DNA from: Eledone cirrhosa
Lineage: Eukaryota
DNA: 64,000 bases
Direction: 5' to 3'
NCBI GenBank assembly: GCA_964016885.1
Contig: OZ024742.1
Location: 180,110,001-180,174,000, forward strand
The notes beneath the pieces are model-generated. The model did no database searches, was not told the DNA's origin, and saw only the letters and a list, made by a program, of their open reading frames with translations. The position numbers were made by a program, and so were the translations under genes. Of this stretch, positions 36,362 through 45,429 are shown one piece after another; position 1 is the first letter of the stretch, and each line of letters starts with the position of its first letter.

Positions 36362-39222
36362 GAGACAATCATTTGATCACCTATAGATCAAGGGAACACG
36401 CCAGGCAGATAGATTATATCCTTACTAGAAGATGTGACAGAGTGTCTGTTGTAAACACTAAGTCACTCCCCCATGAAGAATGCACCTCCCAACATATCCT
36501 AGTAGTTAGTGACCTCATAGTGAGGACTAGACGTACTCAATGACAGTGGAGGACTACCTTGAGGAGAAGAGTATAGAAGTTGAAGGATGCCACAGGCAGT
36601 GACAAATTTAAAAGCTTATTACTTGATGCATTTGACAGTAAGGAAGAGCAATTAGAGATGTACAATAAAGAGGAACAGTGGGAATCTTTGAAAGTTAACC
36701 TGCTGAAGGTAACAGATGAAATCTGTGGCTGGAGCAGACCTATAGGCAGGAGGAGGATAACTTGGTGGTGGAGCAGTAAGGAGGAAGAGTCAATCAAGAC
36801 TAAAAAGCAGGCTTGGAAAGTATGGCAGGATGGGGGAAGTAGAGAACACCATCAAGTGGCCAGGAGAGAAGCTAGGAAACAAGTGTACCTTGCAAGAAGC
36901 GAGGCAGAGGACAGAAAGTTCAAGCATGTTCTACAACGCGAGGACCAAAAACGTGAGGTGTTCAGGATTGCGAGACAGTGTGTCAAGGAAAACCGTGATA
37001 TTGTCGGGGAGAAGTGTATCCGTAATGATGATGGTGTACTTGCCCTCACTGATACTGATAAGAAGGTAATATGGAAGTGTCACTACGAGAGACTAATAAA
37101 TGAGGAGAATAAATGGGAAAAGGATAGTCTGCCCCAAATCGATCCAATTGAGGGACTAGCGGTGCAAGTTAGTGGTTGTATAATAAGTAAGGCAATCAAA
37201 GATATGAAGACAAGCAAGGTGGCTGGGCCTTCGGAGATAGTTGCTGAGATGTTGAAAGCATCTGGAATTATGGGACATACTATGGTCACCCGGATAGTTA
37301 ACCAAGTAATACAGAATGGGGTCATACCAAAGGACTGGCGTAGCAGCATCATCGTTAACTGCTACAAGGGTAAAGGAGATGCTCTAGAGAGGGGAAACTA
37401 TATAGGCATTAAGTTAGTTGAACAGGTCATGAAGGTCACAGAAAGAGTTATAGCACAACTAATCAAAGATCGAATTGATCTAGATGAAATGCAGTTTGAG
37501 TTTGTGTCAGGTAAAAGTACCACAGATGGTCTTTTCCTTGTACGACAACTACAGAAGTACCTAGCTAAAAGTAAATCCCTCTACTTAGCTTTTGTTGACT
37601 TGGAGAAAGTCTTTGAAAATGCCCCACACTCCATTATCTGGTGGGCCATTAAAAACTAGGAGTAGATGAATGGCTTGTGAGAGCTATACAAGCCATGTAT
37701 AAAGATACAGTCAGTAAGGTTAGAATTAACAATGAATATAATGAAGAATTTAGTGTAAAAGTCGGTGTTCATCAAGGCTCTGTCCTTAGCCCCATCCTGT
37801 TTATTATTGCCCTTCAGGCTATAACGGAGGAGTTTAAAACTGGCTGCCCATGGCAACTTTTATATGCAGATGATCTAATGCTCATAGCTGAATCTATGGC
37901 TGAACTAGAGAAGAAATTCCAAACATGGAAGCATGGCCTAGAATGAAAAGAAATTAAAATTAACTTGTCTAAGACTAAAATTCTAGTATGTGGAAACGAA
38001 AATACGGCACAGGTGCCCTCTGGGATATGGCGATGCTCAGTATATAGGAAAGGACTAGGTAGAAATTCCATTCTATGTCCCAAATGCAAACTATGGGTAC
38101 ATACAAGATGTAGTGGGATCAGAGGCAAGCTATCTCAGAACGCAGATTTTATATGTGGCCGATGCTCAGGTGCAATAAGTAGCAAGTGCCCACAGGATAC
38201 TAGCTCCTTCTACTGCCCAGATGGTTCTACAGAAATAGTGGACACTTTCCATTACCTGGGTGACACAATCAGCAGTGGTGGTGGGTGTTCTGAAAGTACA
38301 GTAGCCAGAGTCAGAATGGGATCGAAAAAGTTCAGAGAGCTTATACCGCTGTTGGCCACAAAAAGTTTCTCTCTGAAAATGAAAAGCAGATTGTATACGA
38401 ACAGCAATGTTACATGGCAGTGAGACATGGACATTGTGTGTAGAGGGCCTGCGCAGACTGGAAAGGAACGAAGCATGCATGCTCCGTTGGATGTGTAATA
38501 GCAATATACACGAATGGCAAAACATAAATGAACTAAGTGAGAAATTAGGAATAAGAGGGATCAGATGCTGTTTACTCGAGAGAAGATTACGTTGGTACGG
38601 TCACGTGATGCGCATGAAAGACGACAGCTGTGTAAAAAAGTGCAGGGCGATCAAAATTGATGGAAGTTGTGGAGCAGGTAGTCCCAGAAAAACCTGGGAC
38701 GACATGATAAAGTCTGACCTTGCACACTTGCAACTCTCTAAGACAATGTCACTGGATCGAGATCTTTGGTGCCACACAGTATTACAGAAGACCCGCCTTC
38801 CCTACGTGCAAAGTTAACCTACAGTCAGTAGGCTCTACCAAACATACACCCCAACCCACTACCCCTACTCCATCTTCCCACTCCCTCCAACACCACCCTT
38901 TCTATATAAAGTTATGTTGGTACCACAACATCCAGTCCAAACAAACGAGATCGTGTAGGTGTCACAACAAAAAGAACACAGTCCACGCTGTAATATGGTC
39001 ATGTAGGCAACATTGTAAAAAGTTCCCAGTCCACACTGTAAATGTGGTTGGTGTTAGTAAGGGCATTCAGCCGTAGAAAACCTGCCAGATAGTCCTATAC
39101 GGTCGAGACACGGTCACCCGACGAATCTTGCCTCAAGTGGGACAACTCTCGTCTAACCCATGCTAGCGTGGAAGATAGACGTTAAACGATCATGTTGATG
39201 ATGATGATGATGATGATGATGA
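36362..39222 (+). mobile_element. 5'-truncated RTE LINE plus a downstream SINE-like 3' region ending in (GAT)n
   Basis: APE end (QIDYILTR), RT motifs LYLAFVDLEK, GVHQGSVLSP, LLYADD, FHYLG, and a C-terminal RRLRWYGHVMRM. Confidence 0.92.
36580..38817 (+). pseudogene. RTE reverse transcriptase with an inserted PHD-type finger, frameshifted
   Basis: ORF-track pieces 36580-37659, 37677-37946, 37965-38423 and 38407-38817 are colinear parts of one ORF. Confidence 0.9.
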
Positions 39223-39826
39223 TCCAAAACAGCGCTGTACAGGACAAAGACAAGGGAAAATTGGTTAGTCCCTTTTCATCAGTCAATCACTGGAAATTTC
39301 TATCATTTCAGTACATCAAGATTGATACTTTCATTCCAGTGCACATTGTGTTGTAACAAAAAAGGTAGTCCTATGGACAAGTTGTGCCTTTCAGCGAATT
39401 ACAAAAAAAAAGAGAAAAATGCTACAAACCAAAGTGCATGAAACGAAAAGGAAGAAAGAGGTATGGTAGCTTAGCGAAATGAGAAAAATAGAAAGGTGAG
39501 AAATAGACAAATAGAAAACATATATATTGACTTCAGTTCAACGTAAAACAATGAAAAATGTCATTGAGGCACAGAAAGCGTATGAAGGAGGAATAGAGGC
39601 AGACAGACTGGGCAGTTTAGTGCCTATTATTTGTTAGGTTCATAAAAGCCTGCATGACTAAGACATTCAAACATGAATCCAAAACAGGAGCCTCACATGA
39701 CAAAGACAAAAGAAAAATCAATAGTAAAACAGAGAGTCCCTTCTCATCAGTCAGCCCCAGGAAATCACAATAGTTTCAGTGCAGCAAGGTTGATACCATT
39801 CATTCCAGTTCACAATTGAGACGCAA

Positions 39827-39830
<4 letters not shown>
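39223..39830 (-). repeat. Diverged partial tandem repeat (period 468) with a GAAA-N23-CTGATGA motif
   Basis: 39268-39350 resembles 39736-39820; the left part is inverted at 35720-35788. Confidence 0.65.
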
Positions 39831-39867
<37 letters not shown>

Positions 39868-39871
<4 letters not shown>

Positions 39872-40215
39872 GGTTTGAGGTTCACCGCTGGATAGAGTTG
39901 GTCAATTCCGTATGGTCAATCTTAATGTAATAATATGGAGAGTACTCAACGTAAAGCAGTTCAACCGTCTTTGTTTTTGTAGTTGGTGGTGCTAGTACGG
40001 AGTTAAATATTATAATGAAATGACAGGAGGCTGGACTTGTGTAAATCCTTGAAATGTTTATTATACTATGATCATTTCTATGACCGGGTTCCGTATGAAT
40101 CCGGTGATATCATCAGGTATTCGAAATATAATAAGAACCCGGTCATTGAAATGATCATAGTATAATAAACCTTTCAAGGATTTACACAAGTCCAGCCTCC
40201 TGTCATTTCATTATT
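39868..40215 (-). mobile_element. HHR-bearing fold-back element between (TA)n tracts
   Basis: Arms about 40011-40091 / 40135-40215. Confidence 0.8.
40063..40120 (-). ncRNA. Type I hammerhead ribozyme with long stem II
   Basis: ATAC-CTGATGA-TATcACCGG attcatacggaac CCGGTcATA-GAAATGATCATA^GTAT; stem III is the palindrome ATGATCAT. Confidence 0.8.
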
Positions 40216-40539
40216 ATATATATATATATATATATATATAAATTGAAACAAAATGAAAACGAAATTTCATTTCTCACTCTTAGTATGGCACTTACTTAAA
40301 TGTAAGTATGCATGTATACGTACATACATATATGTATACAGACGTACAGTAGCATGCACACATATATATATATACATATATATATACATATGCATACAGG
40401 TACACATAGATATATGCACGTATCAGTTTGGCGGCGCTAACGTCGCTTTGTTCGTTTGTAAACAAACTGAACAGCCTGAATTTATGCCATACGGTGTTAA
40501 GGCAACCACGTCACCTTTTTGTTCAACACTGACACAGGA

Positions 40540-40582
40540 ACGATGTACTAGTTTCAAGCTTGTTAGCTATCATCAGCACCGT
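40540..40582 (-). ncRNA. Minimal type I hammerhead ribozyme
   Basis: ACGGTG-CTGATGA-tAGC taacaa GCTt-GAAACTAGTA^CATCGT. Confidence 0.88.
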
Positions 40583-41005
40583 ATACCCATCTGCCAGATA
40601 GTTGAACGTTCGAAAGTATATACTTTCCTTATGAAAATTAACGGCTGAGCAGCCTAATTTGCATATTGAGTGAGTTAAATCGGTCAGGCATACCGAAAAC
40701 GATAAATTGAAACAAAATGAAAACGAAATTTCATTTCTCACTCTTAGTATGGCACTTACTTAAATGTAAGTATGCATGTATACGTACATACATATATGTA
40801 TACAGACGTACAGTAGCATGCACATATATATATATATATACATATATATATACATATGCATACAGGTACACATACATATATGCACGTATCAGTTTAGCGG
40901 CGCTAACGTCGCTTTGTTCGTTTGTAAACAAACTGAACAGCCTGAATTTATGCCATACGGTGTTAAGGCAACCACGTCACCTTTTTGTTCAACACTGACA
41001 CAGGA

Positions 41006-41048
41006 ACGATGTACTAGTTTCAAGCTTGTTAGCTATCATCAGCACCGT
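41006..41048 (-). ncRNA. Minimal type I hammerhead ribozyme
   Basis: Identical to 40540-40582. Confidence 0.88.
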
Positions 41049-41575
41049 ATACCCATCTGCCAGATAGCTGAACGTTCGAAAGTATATACTTTCCTTATGA
41101 AAATTAACGGCTGAGCAGCCTAATTTGCATATTGAGTGAGTACATCGTTCCTGTGTCAGTGTTGAACAAAAAGGTGACGTGGTTGCCTTAACACCGTATG
41201 GCATAAATTCAGGCTGTTCAGTTTGTTTACAAACGAACAAAGCGACGTTAGCGCCGCTAAACTGATACGTGCATATATGTATGTGTACCTGTATGCATAT
41301 GTATATATATATGTATATATATATATATATATATGTGCATGCTACTGTACGTCTGTATACATATATGTATGTACGTATACATGCATACTTACATTTAAGT
41401 AAGTGCCATACTAAGAGTGAGAAATGAAATTTCGTTTTCATTTTGTTTCAATTTATCGTTTTCGGTATGCCTGACCGATTTAACTCACTCAATATGCAAA
41501 TTAGGCTGCTCAGCCGTTAATTTTCATAAGGAAAGTATATACTTTCGAACGTTCAACTATCTGGCAGATGGGTAT

Positions 41576-41618
41576 ACGGTGCTGATGATAGCTAACAAGC
41601 TTGAAACTAGTACATCGT
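41576..41618 (+). ncRNA. Minimal type I hammerhead ribozyme
   Basis: Stem I ACGGTG/CATCGT (one G.U), core CTGATGA 41582-41588, GAAA 41603-41606, palindromic ACTAGT, GUA cleavage after 41612. Confidence 0.88.
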
Positions 41619-41855
41619 TCCTGTGTCAGTGTTGAACAAAAAGGTGACGTGGTTGCCTTAACACCGTATGGCATAAATTCAGGCTGTTCAGTTTGTTTAC
41701 AAACGAACAAAGCGACGTTAGCGCCGCTAAACTGATACGTGCACATATGTATGTGTACCTGTATGCATATGTATATATATATGTATATATATATATATAT
41801 GTGCATGCTACTGTACGTCTGTATACATATATGTATGTACGTATACATGCATACT

Positions 41856-41889
<34 letters not shown>

Positions 41890-41892
41890 AAC

Positions 41893-42101
41893 GATCGATT
41901 TTCGTCAAATCGGACCGAGGGAACAATGTTTCCGCTGGTCTTTCCAATTGCTAATACTATCTATCGGTCGCAACTCCAGGTAGAAGGAGCAACGTGAAAT
42001 AAAGTGTCTTGCTCAAGGACATAACGCATCGCCTGGTCCAGGAATCGAACTCACAACCTTACGATTGCGAATCCAATTCTCTAACCACTCAGCCACACGC
42101 C
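41893..42101 (-). mobile_element. tRNA-derived CORE-type SINE
   Basis: Near-identical to 11210-11422; A and B boxes intact. Confidence 0.85.
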
Positions 42102-42124
42102 TATATATATATTTAATGTAGAAA

Positions 42125-42175
42125 GGCTTCTTCAGGACTAGAACTGTTTAATTCTTGAGAAATCATCAGGAAGCC
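42125..42175 (-). ncRNA. Degenerate family A hammerhead
   Basis: GGCTTC-CTGATGA-tttctcaagaat-TAAACAG ttctagtc CTGAA-GAAGCC. Stem I covaries with 433-483; G12 and U16.1 are mutated. Confidence 0.7.
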
Positions 42176-42495
42176 GGCTGTCGAAGTATTACGGTGGTAT
42201 TTATATCTTTTCTGGTGGTAGGAGAGGGTGGTGATTGAGATGGATGGAGGTCATTGGTTGATGGGTTTAAAGAAAAGGGAATTCTTCAAAAACTATATTT
42301 AGAATAACAAAGGCAGAAAGAATTCTATAGACAGGTTCACTCTGGGGTGCCACTCCTGGTTTTTAAGGTTCACTTAAGCTAACAATGCCATTGGTGTTTA
42401 CAAGTACATTCTCACACGCACACATATAAAGTCCTCACTCCCACACACTAGCAAAGACACACACTCTTATACCCATATATATATAAATACACACA

Positions 42496-43338
42496 TACAT
42501 TGGATTCATCTCGAAAGGTCTATTTTCTACGCGCTCATATATTCACCCAGCTTATGCTGATAGAATAACTATGTAGCTTGTGCCCTTCCTATCTACGGTT
42601 AGCTTTTCTCCTTGTTGTTACTTGTCTCACTCGCTTTACGCGTTTTAATTGTCCTAATAACTTAATTTAGTTATTATTGCACCAACGTGAGGTATATGAT
42701 TTTTAATGCAATGAAATATCTATGATCGTTGGCAAATCACTGATGAGGGACTCATTTTATAACATGTTATCCATGTGCAACCTGCAGTATTCTTCTCCCC
42801 ATTTTTTCACATATATTTACCTAAACTGCGATTCTGTTTTTCTCTCTCTCTCTCTCTTACTGCTCCCTCGTTCCCTCTGTTTCTCTTACTTTCTTTCGCC
42901 CCCTCTGTCATGTCAGTTAACACTTTCTCTCTACTGACCTCTTCCTCACACTTCCACTCACTCACTCACTGTTTCTCCCCTTCTCACTTCACCCCGTTCG
43001 CGGCGAAAACAATTTCCTTCTTTCTTACATTGGATTCATCTCGAAAGGTCTACTTTCTACGCGCTCATATATTCACCCAGCTTATACTGATAGAATAACT
43101 ATGTAGCTTGTGCCTCTTCCTATCTACAGTTAGCTTTTCTCTTTGTTGTTACTTGTCTCACTCGCTTTACGCGTTTTAATTGTCCTAATAACTTAATTTA
43201 GTTATTATTGCACCAACGTGAGGTATATGATTTTTAATGCAATGAAATATCTATGATCGTTGGCAAATCACTGATGAGGGACGCATTTTATAACATGTTA
43301 TCCATGTGCAACCTGCAGTATTCTTCTCCCCATCTTTT

Positions 43339-43340
<2 letters not shown>
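42496..43340 (+). repeat. Partial tandem repeat (about 1.6 units, period 530-531), pLTR- or retrozyme-like
   Basis: 42496-42810 is near-identical to 43026-43340; bounded by TA/CA microsatellites. Confidence 0.9.
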
Positions 43341-43382
<42 letters not shown>

Positions 43383-43456
43383 CACACACATATATATATG
43401 TGTGTGTATGTATATATACACACATATATATATATATATATAAATACACACATATA

Positions 43457-43502
<46 letters not shown>

Positions 43503-43873
43503 TATATCTGTGTGTATGTATATATGTATGTATATGTGTGCATATATATATATACACACATATATGCACACATATATATATACACACACATACATGCATA
43601 AACACTCACACACACACACACACACACAAATATATATATATATGCACATATACATACATACATATACACACACATATATATATATACACACACACACACA
43701 GACACACAGGTGTTAGGATTGGTGCTCTGAAATAGCCATGTATACATGAATATATGTATGGTATATTAGGCAATATACCGTATGTTTATTAAAAACACTT
43801 AGAAGACCATACACTATCAGTTTTAAAGTAGTGACCTTGTCACTTACTTCTTTTCAGCGAAAGAAGGGAGACA

Positions 43874-43915
43874 AGCTGACAGTCTGTTTCACGCAGGTTG
43901 GCATTCATTAGAGCC
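43874..43915 (-). ncRNA. Hammerhead-like motif with one core mutation
   Basis: GGCT-CTAATGA-ATGC caacct GCGT-GAAACA gac TGTC^AGCT (G5 changed to A). Confidence 0.6.
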
Positions 43916-44059
43916 ACGTACTCGCCTGCTTCCGTTGAAAATTATAGAAGCTGGATTCTTATAGAATTCCAGTACACACATACATACATATATCCACACA
44001 TATATACACAGATACATACATATAAATACACACACTCACAATATACATACATACATACA

Positions 44060-44670
44060 TACATGGTGGCTGCCAACTCGTTTTCGAGTACGGCCACTAC
44101 TTTATATCCATGTAGGAGAACCCCTACCGATGCGTTGAATGAGTGTGACTTTTTAGTCCAGCCAGCGACTTGAAAACTCTGGTACAAACACTACACTTGT
44201 GACAATTATTGACACATAGTGCTGGGCTCATGGTACCATGTGAGGACAAGTGCAGAGAGATCTCCAGATATAAAGCAATGCCTGTGCCGTGAAGCTTTTA
44301 TAGTGAGCAAAGGCACTGCACAAAGCCAGTCCCACTCTCTTAACCAAGATGATATTTACCAAAAAGAAGAGCAAGTCAACATCATTGGATGCCATCAGAG
44401 TTGCAGGTGTTATATCAGTATTTTCCTTCTAGAATTCTGCCTTAACAAAGGCTAAGGGGTCATCTCTCCCGGTGATTTTGGATGGCCATTGACTCTTAAG
44501 AGCTCCTTTGCCCTTTGACAGGTTTTGTTTTTAGTGCTGCAGGATGTCCAAAGTCACCCCGCTCACCAAGAAACCTTGGTGGGATTGCCAGTTTAGTCGC
44601 CAACGACCCGACCATGAGACAGGTTGTACTGGGATACATGTTACCAGTAGCACCAACTGGTGACCTGACA
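44060..44670 (-). mobile_element. Probable LINE 5' UTR fragment, same family as 630-970
   Basis: Colinear similarity; hairpin-rich 5' end. Confidence 0.5.
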
Positions 44671-44910
44671 TACATACATACATACATACATACATACATA
44701 CACACACATATACCTATACATATATATATATATATACACATACACATATACACACATATACTTATACATACATAGACACACACTCACACACAGACACACA
44801 CTCACACACACATATATATATATGTAAAAGTTAAACAGAAATAACAACACAATCAGTACAGTATATGGAAGGGATATATTAGGTTAACGCTTGATATAGC
44901 AGGAAGTGGG

Positions 44911-44946
44911 TCTTAACGTTTCGGACGCTCGTCCTTCATCAGAAGA
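44911..44946 (-). ncRNA. Minimal type I hammerhead in the Neptune pLTR, core intact
   Basis: TCTT-CTGATGA-aGGAC gagc GTCC-GAAACGTT^AAGA. Confidence 0.85.
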
Positions 44947-45429
44947 AAGGCTGAGAAATATGATAGATTGAGGGGACAGGCGGGTTGGAAATGGAAAAGA
45001 TGTCTTTAGATAAACAAAATAACAGGTCCATTCATGTTGACATCTCTTGTAAAACTGTTGGTGCTGGCGTTTTGTGTATGATTTATTGTTTTAGAAACGT
45101 GGATGATGGAGCGCGTCTACCAAATGGAAAAAAAAAACGTTTTGTAAAAGAGCTATACTTGAGCACGTGCGTAAGCATGTGTGTGTTATACGTCCTTACG
45201 AAACTAAGAAGAAATGTGTGTGTATATGTGAGTAAAAGAGTGTGTGTGCATGTAAGTACGAAGCTATGCGCAAAAGTATGTTAATATAAGGGTGTTTATG
45301 TGTGTATACAGAGCAGTGAAGGCAAAAGCGGAGTGAGCATATATAGTCGGCATGTATTAGTTGTAAGAGAAGCGGCTAAGGATCAAGAGAAAGCGATAGG
45401 AATCTAGGGGTGTGATAATGGACGGGGTA

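Larger units (their letters stand above)
40241..41858. mobile_element. Retrozyme-like non-coding element: about 1.9 units on minus and 1.5 units on plus, head-to-head, unit 464-470 bp
   Basis: Units start at 40241 and 40705, with inversion at about 41140. Copies are nearly identical, there is an HHR at each repeat interval, and (TA)n lies at both ends. Confidence 0.85.

Noticed and set aside
40253-41848. Repeated 112-150-aa ORFs in the tandem/inverted array as a protein family
   Set aside because: They run antisense to the HHR through TA microsatellite, shift frame between copies and show no recognisable domain.
43253-43747. YI/HT/CV-repeat ORFs here and at 7210-7768, 15529-15906, 18208-18589 and 29085-29433
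   Set aside because: Translations of (TA)n, (CA)n and (CAT)n microsatellites.
44580-44670. HDV-like or twister ribozyme at the putative LINE 5' end (minus strand)
   Set aside because: P2-, P4- and CTAA-like pieces are present (CCAGT/ACTGG, GTCG/CGAC), but I could not fit P1/P1.1 or the twister pseudoknots by eye.
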